Source of the DNA: Cenarchaeum sp.
Lineage (GTDB): Archaea > Thermoproteota > Nitrososphaeria > Nitrososphaerales > Nitrosopumilaceae
Length of the DNA: 64,000 bases
NCBI GenBank assembly: GCA_965212015.1
Contig: OZ243037.1
Location: 576,001 to 640,000, forward strand
Direction of reading: 5' to 3'
Position numbers and translations under genes: made by a program. This document shows positions 1-9,659 of the stretch, in pieces. The notes beneath the pieces were generated by a model that did not search any database, was not told where the DNA came from, and saw only the letters and a list, made by a program, of their open reading frames with translations. Numbering within the stretch: the first letter of the stretch is position 1; every line of letters starts with the position of its first letter.

Positions 1-138
1 GGCGTCTACTAGCACCCGCAGCACGCCAAGCATCCCCTTTTGGCCCCTGTCTGATGTTCCCACCTCCAGGGCGTTGATCCTGGCCAGCAGTATGTCCAGG
101 TTTTTTCTTGTCTCATCGGCAGACGAGTGTTTCTTCAT
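1..138 (-). CDS. hypothetical protein (partial, runs off window start)
   Basis: Open frame MKKHSSADETRKNLDILLARINALEV... read manually from ATG at 138 to position 1. Confidence 0.55.
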   Translation of the reverse strand, partial: MKKHSSADETRKNLDILLARINALEVGTSDRGQKGMLGVLRVLVDA

Positions 139-177
139 GTGATTGCCGGCCCTGCGGCGTATATGAATCATTTACGC

Positions 178-330
178 CTATAAGAGATCCTCGTCTATCT
201 TTTTTATGGCGTCCTGATACTCCGGACAGGTGCACTCTGGAATCCCGCACGGGCCGAGTCCGAACAGCGACGAGCTCGCAGCGGAGCTCCTGTGGGCCTC
301 GTTTGTGTGGTGGCACCTCCTGCACTGCAT
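178..330 (-). CDS. small Cys/His-rich protein (50 aa)
   Basis: Manual translation MQCRRCHHTNEAH...GPCGIPECTCPEYQDAIKKIDEDLL*; below ORF-track cutoff; co-oriented with neighbours. Confidence 0.65.
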   Translation of the reverse strand: MQCRRCHHTNEAHRSSAASSSLFGLGPCGIPECTCPEYQDAIKKIDEDLL

Positions 331-351
331 GCATGAAAAACTATTCGGCGC

Positions 352-747
352 TTATTTAAGGGAGCCGGCGTCGCGAATCACCCCGGGAAATATTCGGCCT
401 GCAAGCCCCACTATTCCGTCCACGTCGGCGTCGCGCTCTGCGGATATCAAGAGCAGGTAATTGCCGACAGGCATGCTGATTATGCTGATCTTTTTTCTCT
501 TTGATAGCACGTACTCTATCGGGCCGAGCTTTTCGTCAAACTCTTCTCTGAGAAACACCTCCATTGCAAACTCCATGTATGCCATGCCGTTTTCCCTGTC
601 GCTGAGGTGCGACTTTACCCCCTTTTTGAACCTGCCCACCACAAGCTTGCCCATCTTGTTGATTACGCCGATAAAGCGCATCCCCGGAAGCTCAAGCACC
701 GTGTCTGCGGCATTCTCAAATGGTTCCAGTCCGTTGCTGTCTTGCAT
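352..747 (-). CDS. thaumarchaeal roadblock/longin-like protein (DUF6659-like)
   Basis: RFIGVINKMGKLV...EFDEKLGPIEYVLSKRKK pattern. Confidence 0.6.
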   Translation of the reverse strand: MQDSNGLEPFENAADTVLELPGMRFIGVINKMGKLVVGRFKKGVKSHLSDRENGMAYMEFAMEVFLREEFDEKLGPIEYVLSKRKKISIISMPVGNYLLLISAERDADVDGIVGLAGRIFPGVIRDAGSLK

Positions 748-748
748 G

Positions 749-1798
749 TCAGGGAATTAGTACAGCCCTCGCCTCTATTTCAGAGTTTTTAAGCTTGGCT
801 AGGACCTCGTTTGCCTGCTCTAGCGGGTACGACTCGGATATCACCGAGAGGTCGTGCTCGTGCGCAAGCCTCACCACCTCGCGCATGTCGTCCCTCGAGC
901 CAATCAGGGTCCCCCGGATTGTCTTTTCCTCAAATGCCACAAAGCCCGATATCTTGCCTATTGTACCGACCACTATCAGGCCGCCCTTTTTGACGGACTT
1001 TATCGCAGTGTCCGTGGCAGCATCTGATGGCGCAAACACTATTGCGGCATCAAGCAGTCCCATCTTTTCTTCTAGCTCCCCGAGCACCTTGTTTTGATCC
1101 GCGCCAAACTGTACGGTCTCTGCGGCGCCGAGCTTTTCGGCCACCCGCAGGTGCTTTTGGCTGCGGGACAGCGCGACAATGCGCATTCCCTCGAGGCGCG
1201 CAAACTGCACTGCCATGTGTCCCACCCCGCCTATGCCAAAGATTCCGATTTTTTTTCCGCGTACGGGCTCGCTTGCCTTGACTGCCTTGTACGCGGTGAT
1301 TCCCGCGCAGAACAGCGGCGCGGCATACTCGGGGGCCATCCCCGGCGGAACCGGGGTGGCAAAATCCTCAGTCACCGTGACATATTCGGCATAGCCGCCC
1401 TTGAGGGATTCGCCTAGAACCTGCATCGACTCGCAGAGCTGCTCTTTTCCCTCCGTACAGTACTGGCACTTCATGCACGACTCTAGCAGCGGCGAGATTC
1501 CGGCGCGATCCCCGGGCTTGAACTTTGTGACTGCCGGGCCGATCTCGACTATCTCGCCTACCAGCTCGTGGCCGGGAACGGTGGGAAGCACAGGCGGGAT
1601 TCCAAGATCCTTCCAGTCCCCCTCTATACCGTGCAGCTGCGAGTGGCACACGCCGCACCCCTGAATCCTTATGAGCATCTCGTTTGGCCTCTTGATTTCG
1701 TGCCGCTGAATCTCAGTCAGCTTTAGCGGCCTGCCCTCTATCGGGCCCAGCTCAGAGAGGACCATCGCGCGCATCTTCATGTGTGCTGCACGCACCAT
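749..1798 (-). CDS. zinc-dependent alcohol dehydrogenase
   Basis: CGVCH, GHE, CxxCxxC(x7)C structural Zn motif, GIGGVG; true start probably ~1780. Confidence 0.9.
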   Translation of the reverse strand: MVRAAHMKMRAMVLSELGPIEGRPLKLTEIQRHEIKRPNEMLIRIQGCGVCHSQLHGIEGDWKDLGIPPVLPTVPGHELVGEIVEIGPAVTKFKPGDRAGISPLLESCMKCQYCTEGKEQLCESMQVLGESLKGGYAEYVTVTEDFATPVPPGMAPEYAAPLFCAGITAYKAVKASEPVRGKKIGIFGIGGVGHMAVQFARLEGMRIVALSRSQKHLRVAEKLGAAETVQFGADQNKVLGELEEKMGLLDAAIVFAPSDAATDTAIKSVKKGGLIVVGTIGKISGFVAFEEKTIRGTLIGSRDDMREVVRLAHEHDLSVISESYPLEQANEVLAKLKNSEIEARAVLIP

Positions 1799-1833
1799 GC
1801 CTCAATTAAATATAGGCCCGCGCGACGGACGCC

Positions 1834-2043
1834 ATGGCCCTCTCGCAAAGAGAAAAGGCAATCGCGCTAGTCGCCAACGGGATTGCTGTATACTCGTTAT
1901 ACCAGAGGGACGGCTCGCTGCCAGAAAACACCTCGCTGATTGACTTTGTCACAAAGGCAGTCCCGGATTCCATGAGGTCCGAGATTACAATCGAGATCAT
2001 AGACGAGGTGTTCAACTATGTGTCCGGCGCACATAATTCATAA
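1834..2043 (+). CDS. small hypothetical protein
   Basis: 69-aa ORF preceded by TATA-like TTAAATATA, co-oriented with purP. Confidence 0.7.
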   Translation: MALSQREKAIALVANGIAVYSLYQRDGSLPENTSLIDFVTKAVPDSMRSEITIEIIDEVFNYVSGAHNS

Positions 2044-2066
2044 GGAGAACCGCCCCAAGGCGTGCC

Positions 2067-3092
2067 ATGACCTCCGTTGCCACGCTTGGCTCCCACTGCG
2101 CGCTACAGGTGCTAAAGGGCGCAAAGGACGAGGGATTCAGGACCGTTCTGGTCTGCGAGAAAAGGCGCGAAGGGCTGTACAGGCGGTTTAACTTTATCGA
2201 CGAGTTTTTTCTGGTGGACGAATTTTCCGAGGTTTTGGGGCAAGAGTGCCAGTCGGTACTGGAGCAAAACGAGTCGGTGCTGATTCCGCACGGCACGCTG
2301 ATTGCGCAAATGACGCCAGAGCAGATCGAGTCGATAAAGACGCCGGTGTTTGGAAACAGGTGGGTCCTGAGGTGGGAGTCAGACAGGAACATGAAGGAGC
2401 GCCTGATGCAGGAGGCAGGCCTTGCCGTGCCCGGAAGCGTAAAGCGGCCAGAAGAGATTGACTCGCTGGTAATCGTAAAGAGGCACGGCGCGGCAGGCGG
2501 AAAGGGATATTTTTTGGCCACAAGCAAGGATGACTATGACGGCAAGCGCGACGCGCTAGTCGCACAGGGCACGATATCCAAAGACGAGGACCTGTACATA
2601 CAGGAATACGCACCCGGCGTGCTGGCATATTTGCAGTTTTTCTACTCCCCGCTGACCGGCCAGACAGAGTTTTTCGGTGCAGACCAGCGCCACGAGTCCG
2701 ACATTGAGAGCCTGGCCAGAATCCCGTCGTCCGTCCAGATAAAGCACGACAAGATTCCCTCCTTTAACGTGATAGGAAACACGGCAATCGTGCTGCGCGA
2801 ATCGCTGCTCGAGGAGGCATATTCCATGGGCGAGAGGTTTGTTGCGGCGACAAAAAGCCTGGTGGGATCCCAGATGACGGGGCCGTTTTGCATCGAGGGG
2901 GTGTACGACGAGAACGGCAAGTTTACCGCATTTGAGTTCTCAGCGAGGATAGTGGCCGGCACAAACATCTACATGGACGGCTCGCCGTACTATAATCTGC
3001 TGTATGGCGAACAGATGAGCATGGGCAGGCGCATTGCAAGGGAGATAAAAAACGCCGCGGCAGGCGGCGGACTGGGCACGGTCACGAGCTGA
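2067..3092 (+). CDS. purP: PurP-family formate-AICAR ligase (ATP-grasp)
   Basis: ATLGSHCALQVLKGAKDEGF, GGKGYF, FEFSARIVAGTN motifs. Confidence 0.9.
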   Translation: MTSVATLGSHCALQVLKGAKDEGFRTVLVCEKRREGLYRRFNFIDEFFLVDEFSEVLGQECQSVLEQNESVLIPHGTLIAQMTPEQIESIKTPVFGNRWVLRWESDRNMKERLMQEAGLAVPGSVKRPEEIDSLVIVKRHGAAGGKGYFLATSKDDYDGKRDALVAQGTISKDEDLYIQEYAPGVLAYLQFFYSPLTGQTEFFGADQRHESDIESLARIPSSVQIKHDKIPSFNVIGNTAIVLRESLLEEAYSMGERFVAATKSLVGSQMTGPFCIEGVYDENGKFTAFEFSARIVAGTNIYMDGSPYYNLLYGEQMSMGRRIAREIKNAAAGGGLGTVTS

Positions 3093-3149
3093 TGCGCCCC
3101 CAGGGATTTCTCGCTACACTTTTAATTGCACTGATGCGCCCTACCACAG

Positions 3150-4154
3150 ATGGACGATCTGGACAGGGAGATTCTCAACGAGATCCAGTGGACGTTTCCC
3201 CTTGTCGCAAGGCCGTACGACGAGATTGCAAAAAAGTTCTGCATTGCGCCAAAAGACGCAAAGTCGCGCATAATGCAGCTCAAAAAGGCCGGCATACTCA
3301 GGCAGCTTAGCGCCATATTTGACACGCGAAGGCTCGGCTACAAGAGCTCCCTTGTGGCAGCAAAGACCGCACCAGAAAGCCTAGAGGACGTGGCAGAGCA
3401 GGTAAATCGGCATCCCGGGGTCAGCCACAATTACGAGAGAAAGCACGACTTTAATTTGTGGTTTACGCTGGCAGTGCCCCCCGGGGGGAACCTCAAATGC
3501 GAGATTGACAAATTTACAAAGATTCCCGGCATTCTAAAAATCCGGATGCTTCCGACCATACAGCTATTCAAGATTGGCGTAAAGCTCGACATGGTGGAGG
3601 GCAAAAAGCACGACATAAAGCCGACTGAGAGAAAAAAGGCAGTAAGGGACACAGAGTTTGTCCCGACTGAGGACGACAAAGAGTTCGTCAGGCAGCTGCA
3701 AAAGGATCTCGCAGTGATAGACAGGCCGTTTTTGCCGGCGGCAGAAAGCCTCGGCATGACAGAGCAGCAGATATTTGACAGGCTGCGCCATTACGAGGGG
3801 ATTGGCGTCATGCGCAGGTTTGCTGCGATTCTGCGCCACAGGGACGCAGGCTTTACCGCCAACGGAATGATAGTCTGGAGGGTGCCAGAGGACAGGATTG
3901 CCGCAGTCGGCGAGCAGCTGGGCGCGTTTCCGCAGGTAAGCCACTGCTATCAGAGGCCCGTCTATCCGGACTGGCCGTACAATGTCTTTTCCATGACGCA
4001 CTGCAAGTCCGAAGACGAGGCAAGACAGATGGCAAAGACCATCCAGTCGCAGATCGGAGTAGAGGATTACACCATACTGTTTAGCTCGCGCGAGTTCAAA
4101 AAGACCAGGGTGGAATATTTCACAGAACAGGGCACGCCGGGAATCGCCGCGTAA
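3150..4154 (+). CDS. ahbAB: fused siroheme decarboxylase AhbA/AhbB (NirDL-like)
   Basis: Two AsnC-like halves with VSHNYER and VSHCYQRP motifs. Confidence 0.85.
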   Translation: MDDLDREILNEIQWTFPLVARPYDEIAKKFCIAPKDAKSRIMQLKKAGILRQLSAIFDTRRLGYKSSLVAAKTAPESLEDVAEQVNRHPGVSHNYERKHDFNLWFTLAVPPGGNLKCEIDKFTKIPGILKIRMLPTIQLFKIGVKLDMVEGKKHDIKPTERKKAVRDTEFVPTEDDKEFVRQLQKDLAVIDRPFLPAAESLGMTEQQIFDRLRHYEGIGVMRRFAAILRHRDAGFTANGMIVWRVPEDRIAAVGEQLGAFPQVSHCYQRPVYPDWPYNVFSMTHCKSEDEARQMAKTIQSQIGVEDYTILFSSREFKKTRVEYFTEQGTPGIAA

Positions 4155-4487
4155 TCACAGCTCGTTTTCGTCGTGTCCCACAATGTGGCAGTCACAATAG
4201 TACAGGTCGTTCATGTTGCAGTAAAACCGTGACATGCTGCCGCAGGAGGCGCACGGCGGCCTCGTGTCGTGCTCGGAGAGCGCCACGTGGAATATCCTGC
4301 TCCTGCGCGTCACCCCCATGTTCTTGTAGGTCCTAGCCATCGAGGCAAGATACCGCAGATCGTCTGCGCCAAGCTCCCTCGTATGGTCGAGCCTTTTTGC
4401 CATGGACTGCCACCTGCGGCGCGAGCCTATGCGGGCAAGCCTCATGCACCGTATGAGATCCCCCGTCTTTTTCCTGTCAGGCGCCAT
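4155..4487 (-). CDS. hypothetical protein with C-terminal Cys/His zinc-finger
   Basis: ATG overlaps upstream TGA (TGATG); CASCG...FYC..ND.YYC..H. Confidence 0.6.
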   Translation of the reverse strand: MAPDRKKTGDLIRCMRLARIGSRRRWQSMAKRLDHTRELGADDLRYLASMARTYKNMGVTRRSRIFHVALSEHDTRPPCASCGSMSRFYCNMNDLYYCDCHIVGHDENEL

Positions 4488-5476
4488 CAGGCAGTTGCCT
4501 TTAGCTCGTACGGCGGCCAGCCTGCGTATATGGCGGCAATCTCTTGCATGTCCGAATCCCCGACATACCGTCCGTCGGACATTGCCGCAAAGTCCTCGAT
4601 TTCGTCTGTTCCCACGACGGTGGGTATCACCGATGATATCCCCCCCTTTGATAGGATGAACTTTATTGCAAGCTCTGTAATGGAAAGGCCGTTTCTGCCG
4701 GCTATTGGTTTTAGCTGTTCTATCTTTTTGAGCGACTCTGCAATCCACCTGCCCTTTCGGACCGAGCGGTGGTCCTTTTCGTCAATCTTTGTATCTGCGT
4801 CCACCTTTCCTGTCAGGACGCCAGACGCATCGGGAACCCGCACCAGGATTCCCGCGCCGTTGCGCGCAGCCTCGCCGAGCAGCTCGTTTCCGGGCGTCTG
4901 CTCCAGTATGTTATAGACTGTCTGGATTGCGCTAATCTCCGGGCGCTTTACGGCCTCCAGCCCTTCTTGCAGCCACCCTATCGCAGGCCCTAGCGCCACC
5001 TGGCACGCCCCCGTCTTTTTTTGGGCGATAAACTCGCGCAGCGTCCCGAATATCGCATCGTCCCGTACGTGGCCCAGCTTTGGATTGTGCAGCCCGTACA
5101 CGTCCACATGGTCCGTCTGCAGCCTATCGAGGCTGGCCCTTAGCGCCTTTTGGGCAAAGTCCGAATCAAAGCGCTGCGGCAGCTCGCTGTGCCCTATCTG
5201 CTCTGCGCCGCCAAAGTCATAGCCGAACTTTGTGGATATTACGACCTCATCACGCATGCCTGCAAAGACCTCGCCGATTATCCTCTCGCTTTTTCCCCCG
5301 CCGTACATGTCCCCTGTCTCAAAAAAGTTAATCCCCAGGTCATACGCCCTTTTTAGCATTCTTTTTGCCTCGTCCTCGCCGATCTCCTTGCCCCACCAGT
5401 TCATGGCAATGCTCCAGCCGCTAAAGCCAATCTCCGATACCTTTATGCCGCTTTTTCCCAGCGCATTATACCTCAA
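4487..5476 (-). CDS. aldo/keto reductase
   Basis: LGKSGIKVSEIGF, GINFFET..YG, SLDRLQTDHVDVYGLH. Confidence 0.9.
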   Translation of the reverse strand: MRYNALGKSGIKVSEIGFSGWSIAMNWWGKEIGEDEAKRMLKRAYDLGINFFETGDMYGGGKSERIIGEVFAGMRDEVVISTKFGYDFGGAEQIGHSELPQRFDSDFAQKALRASLDRLQTDHVDVYGLHNPKLGHVRDDAIFGTLREFIAQKKTGACQVALGPAIGWLQEGLEAVKRPEISAIQTVYNILEQTPGNELLGEAARNGAGILVRVPDASGVLTGKVDADTKIDEKDHRSVRKGRWIAESLKKIEQLKPIAGRNGLSITELAIKFILSKGGISSVIPTVVGTDEIEDFAAMSDGRYVGDSDMQEIAAIYAGWPPYELKATA

Positions 5477-6012
5477 CTTGCCAGCTCCCCGAACCTTTGC
5501 AGCAGCTTTTGAATCTCAGAGTCCCCCAAGGCCGACTGTCCGGGCGGAATTTCAGCATTTATGTCTATCCAGGACTTGCAGCCGGCGTGTTCCGGAGTCA
5601 TCGGCACCTCGATGGCCTTTATACCGAACACCCTGAGAAACACGGCCTTTAGCGATCTTTCCGGATGCCAGTCCATCCTAGAGCGGACATAGTCGGCACT
5701 CCAGATGTGAAACGAGTCCAGCGCGTCAATTTTTTCCTGCGATGAAACGTCGGCGTGCGCCAGCACCTGCGCGTACGAGTCCATCCTGATTACGCCTGCA
5801 GGCCTGTCCCTTACGGCATCCAAATACGGATGGAACTCTTTTTTTATGCTGGCCGGCATCTGGTGCTCGTACGTGGGAAAGAGCAAAAACTTTTCGGACT
5901 CTAGCACGAATCCCGATGCCGCATCCCGTATGCCGCCCTTGCGAAGTATTACAGTCTGCCTGCCGTCTTTGAGCGCGCCAATTACGGTGGCCCACTCTTT
6001 GAGTGATTTCAC
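5473..6012 (-). CDS. DUF1802 family protein
   Basis: LKEWA...G.QTVILRKGGI, FLLFPTYEHQ, GCKSWI; GTG start overlapping upstream stop. Confidence 0.8.
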   Translation of the reverse strand: MKSLKEWATVIGALKDGRQTVILRKGGIRDAASGFVLESEKFLLFPTYEHQMPASIKKEFHPYLDAVRDRPAGVIRMDSYAQVLAHADVSSQEKIDALDSFHIWSADYVRSRMDWHPERSLKAVFLRVFGIKAIEVPMTPEHAGCKSWIDINAEIPPGQSALGDSEIQKLLQRFGELAS

Positions 6013-6680
6013 TATCCAAGGCTGGATACAAGGGGAATAATATCCTTTTTGACGCACACTATCATCGGCGTGTCCGTTATGATGTGGCGCGAGACTGCAG
6101 TCTCACGCAGATCCATTATCAGGTTCTGAAACTGCCTCAGGTCGTCGCACTCGAATGCCAGCATAAAGTCCTCGTCATGCAGCCCAAAGGAGTACGTGGT
6201 GTTGAGGGTTATTCCGGGGTATTTTTTGCCGACTGCAATGTGCTGCTCCATCATCTTTTGGCGCTGCTCTGCGGGCAAGAGATACCACTCCCTTGACTTT
6301 GTAAACGGATAGACGACTGCGTATTTTTTCGGCTCGCCGCCTGCCACAAACGAGAGCTCGCCTGCCTTTTGGGCGTACATTGACGGCCTGGTGCACGACA
6401 GGTACGTAAGGGAGGGCGCAATGTACTTGCCAAACACCGTAAGGTGCAGCTTTGATACTGCGTCTTGAATCTCATCCACGCTGTGCGCGGCAAACCAGAA
6501 AAGAAAGTCGGCATCGTTGCGCAGCCCCAGAGTCGAGTACGAGCGGAACATTATGCCCGTGTTTCTGATCACGTTTTCCACCTCCCTTGCGGACTCTTCC
6601 TTTGCCAGATCCGCCATCCACCTCCACTTTGGATCCAGCTTGAAGAAGGAAAAGTTGAAAAAATACTCGTCGCCTTCCAT
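6012..6680 (-). CDS. chlorite dismutase/coproheme decarboxylase family heme protein
   Basis: VYPFTKSREWYLLP..R..MM..H, YSFGL.D..F. Confidence 0.85.
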   Translation of the reverse strand: MEGDEYFFNFSFFKLDPKWRWMADLAKEESAREVENVIRNTGIMFRSYSTLGLRNDADFLFWFAAHSVDEIQDAVSKLHLTVFGKYIAPSLTYLSCTRPSMYAQKAGELSFVAGGEPKKYAVVYPFTKSREWYLLPAEQRQKMMEQHIAVGKKYPGITLNTTYSFGLHDEDFMLAFECDDLRQFQNLIMDLRETAVSRHIITDTPMIVCVKKDIIPLVSSLG

Positions 6681-6712
6681 GATCTCCTGCCACGGCGGAA
6701 TCTCTTAAAAAA

Positions 6713-7975
6713 CTAGTGGTGCGCGGCCCTGCGGCCGGGGCGCACAGTCCCGTCCCTGCTGCCGCCTCTGGCCTTTTCGGCAGCCGATCCCCTGCCTGAG
6801 ATTCTCCTTTCAAGGCCGTCCTCGAGTGGAATCTCTATCAGGTCCCCCATCCTCAGTCCCTTCAGGCCGGCTGCGACTGCCCTTGCCTGCTCGTCGTTTT
6901 TTTCCAGCCCCAGCAGCGACATTAGGTATGCGGCGCCGGATTTTCCCGCCAGCTCGCCGAACACTATCCTGCGCCTGTTGCCCACCACGCGCGGGGGAAT
7001 CGGCTCGTATGCCGCAGGGTTTCTCAGTATGGCCGCAAGGTGCGTTCCTGCCTTGTGCTTGTATGCCGACGAGCCGACTATCGGCTTTGAGTCGTACGGG
7101 CGGATGGACGTATAGTCCTCAATCAGCCTCGAGAGATCCTGCAGCATGTCCAGCCGGAAATCGTTTGCGGACTTGTACAGGTAGGTCAGCGCGACGGCCA
7201 CTTCGGCAAGCGCCGGGATTCCCGTCCTCTCGCCGATGCCGTCAATCGTGGTGTGAATCTGATCAGCTCCTGCCTCGCATGCGGCAAAGGCGTTTGCCAG
7301 CGCAAAGCCAATGTCGTTGTGGACGTGCACGTCAAGCGGCACGCCGATCTCCTTGCGCACCATGCCCACAAAGTTGCGCATTCCAATCGGGCGCATTATG
7401 CCGACCGTGTCAGGCAGGCTTATCCTGTCGACTCCGGCCTCCTCTATGGCCCTGCAGACCTGGATCAAAAACTTTGGATCCGCCCTGCTTCCGTCCTCCA
7501 CTGTAAACCTTATCTTCAGGCCGTGCGACTTTGCATACTCTACTGTACTTACTGCGCGCTCTAGGGCCTCCCCGCGGGTGATGCGCAGCTTGTCCCTCAG
7601 GTGCACGTCGGAGACTCCGAGGTATGCGGCGACCCATGCGGCATCGCAGCTCAGCGAGACGTCGATGTCCTTTTTTAGCGCGCGGCCGTGCGAGACAATG
7701 TCGGCCTTGAGGCCCTGCTTTATTATGGTCCTGGTAGCATCCCGGTGGTCGCCTGAGACTATCGGCGAGATCTCTATCTGGTCTACGCCGAAATAGTCAA
7801 GCATCCACGCAATCTGGATGCGCTGCTTGTTGGTAAAGGAGACGCCGGGGTGCTGCTCGCCCTCGCGCAGGGTGCTGTCAAGCACGCGTATGTCCTTTCT
7901 TCCCTCCTCGTACTCGTTGTACCGGTCTGCGTGGTAATTCGGATCATTCATTGCAGATTTCGGTGCATATTTCAC
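6713..7975 (-). CDS. homocitrate synthase (LeuA-family TIM barrel)
   Basis: LDSTLREGEQ, HVHND.G.A.AN, GIGERTG; within lys operon; start may be ~7951. Confidence 0.85.
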   Translation of the reverse strand: MKYAPKSAMNDPNYHADRYNEYEEGRKDIRVLDSTLREGEQHPGVSFTNKQRIQIAWMLDYFGVDQIEISPIVSGDHRDATRTIIKQGLKADIVSHGRALKKDIDVSLSCDAAWVAAYLGVSDVHLRDKLRITRGEALERAVSTVEYAKSHGLKIRFTVEDGSRADPKFLIQVCRAIEEAGVDRISLPDTVGIMRPIGMRNFVGMVRKEIGVPLDVHVHNDIGFALANAFAACEAGADQIHTTIDGIGERTGIPALAEVAVALTYLYKSANDFRLDMLQDLSRLIEDYTSIRPYDSKPIVGSSAYKHKAGTHLAAILRNPAAYEPIPPRVVGNRRRIVFGELAGKSGAAYLMSLLGLEKNDEQARAVAAGLKGLRMGDLIEIPLEDGLERRISGRGSAAEKARGGSRDGTVRPGRRAAHH

Positions 7976-8068
7976 GTTTTATAAACATATTCGTACTGAT
8001 TTCGTTGTTTTCGTCGCCCCCGCCGGCAGAATCGGCAGGCGTTGCAGCCGGCAGTGCCGGTTATCGCA

Positions 8069-8488
8069 TCACTCGATGGTGCGGAGTATTATCACAGTGT
8101 TTGTGTCAGTGACTCCGGGAATCTTGCGCAGCGCATCAATGCTGGAGTTTATCTCTGCAATGTTGGGGGCGCCCATTATCACCGTAATGTCGTACTGGCC
8201 CGTAATCTCGTATACCGTCCGCACGCTGTCAAGTTTTGTGAGCTTTGAGGAGACCTTTGCGGTGTCAGTCATCGAGTCGACTGAGACGAGCACTATGGCC
8301 TTGGTGGTGTTCTCCTCGCCTATGTTTATCGTAAACTTTGTGATTATCTTTCCGTCTATGAGGTTCTTTACCCTGCGGCGGACGGCGGATTCTGAGAGCT
8401 TTAGCTTTTTGCCAATGTCCACAAAGGACTCGCGCGAGTCGTTGCGCAAAAACTCTATTATCTTTTCGTCCGTCTTGTCCTTAAACAT
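8069..8488 (-). CDS. lysM: Lrp/AsnC regulator LysM
   Basis: HTH LSESAVRRRVKNL, YEITGQYD; lys operon context. Confidence 0.8.
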   Translation of the reverse strand: MFKDKTDEKIIEFLRNDSRESFVDIGKKLKLSESAVRRRVKNLIDGKIITKFTINIGEENTTKAIVLVSVDSMTDTAKVSSKLTKLDSVRTVYEITGQYDITVIMGAPNIAEINSSIDALRKIPGVTDTNTVIILRTIE

Positions 8489-9659
8489 TATGGCGCCGCT
8501 CCTCCCTGGAAAAAAGATCATCCAGTGTCTCTAAAACCTTTGCAATGTCCTGCCCGGATATCACCAGCGGCGGCAGGAACCGCAGTATGTTCCGGCCGGA
8601 ATACAAGAGCAGGAGGCCGTTTTTTATGCCGTCCATGATTATATCGCGCACCTCGAACTTTAACTCTACGCCGATCATCAGGCCCATCCCGCGGACCTCA
8701 CGGATTATCTTGTGCTTTTTTTGCAGCTCTTGCAGGCCCCCGATGAGCCTCGCACCTGCGGTGCGCGCATTATCCACCAGCCCGTCGCGCTCCAGTGCGT
8801 CAAGTGTGGCGATTCCTGCGGCGCACGAAAGCGGGTTGCCGCCAAACGTCGAGGAGTGCTCGCCCTTGCCCATGCACCCTAGTATGTCCGGCCGGACCAG
8901 CGTGGCCCCCATCGGCACGCCGCCGGCAATCCCCTTTGCAAGGCACATAATGTCCGGTGCGGTATCCCAGTGCTCAGACGCAAACATCTTGCCCGTCCGT
9001 CCCAGTCCGGACTGTATCTCGTCGAATATCAAAAGCGCCCCGCTTTTATCGCATATCCTCCTTGCCTCCTGCAAAAACCCGTCGGGTGCCACGTGTATGC
9101 CGCTCTCGCCCTGTATGGGCTCCATTATTACAAGCGCAGTCTCGCCGTCCACCGTTTTGCGCAGCGCCTCTGCGTCCCCAAACGCAGAAAACGAGACGCC
9201 CTCGATGAGCGGCCCGAAGCTCTTTTTGTACTTTGGGTTAAACGTAAGGGACAGCGCCCCGAGGGACTTGCCGTGGTAAGAGCCGCGCATTGCGACCATT
9301 TTTTTTCTGCCGGTGAACTTTTTTGCAAACTTTATTGCGGCCTCGACGGACTCGGCGCCGCTGTTGTTGAGGTGCACCTGCGAGAGGCCTTTTGGCGCCA
9401 CGCCCACGAGGCGCCCCAGAAACTCCTCGCGCGTCTTGCTGTACAGCGAGCTGTGGACCGTGATTATCCGGCCCAGCTGCGACCTTATGGCCTCAGACAC
9501 CCTCCTGTTTTGGTGGCCCACCAGGGCGACGCCATAGCCGCCCATGCAGTCAATGTACCTTTTGCCGTCCTCATCCCACACGTGCGCACCCTCCCCCCTT
9601 GCAACCGTGACTGGGAACCTCTGGTAGAGATTCCCCATAAACTCGTCTTCAGTCATCAT
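8481..9659 (-). CDS. lysJ: [LysW]-aminoadipate semialdehyde/glutamate semialdehyde transaminase
   Basis: Class III aminotransferase motifs DEIQSGLGRTG, LAKGIAGG, STFGGNP. Confidence 0.9.
   Translation of the reverse strand: MMTEDEFMGNLYQRFPVTVARGEGAHVWDEDGKRYIDCMGGYGVALVGHQNRRVSEAIRSQLGRIITVHSSLYSKTREEFLGRLVGVAPKGLSQVHLNNSGAESVEAAIKFAKKFTGRKKMVAMRGSYHGKSLGALSLTFNPKYKKSFGPLIEGVSFSAFGDAEALRKTVDGETALVIMEPIQGESGIHVAPDGFLQEARRICDKSGALLIFDEIQSGLGRTGKMFASEHWDTAPDIMCLAKGIAGGVPMGATLVRPDILGCMGKGEHSSTFGGNPLSCAAGIATLDALERDGLVDNARTAGARLIGGLQELQKKHKIIREVRGMGLMIGVELKFEVRDIIMDGIKNGLLLLYSGRNILRFLPPLVISGQDIAKVLETLDDLFSREERRHNV

Noticed and set aside
113-334. 73-aa ORF from the track
   Set aside because: An overlapping frame gives a more protein-like Cys/His ORF (178-330); this one looks like a shadow frame
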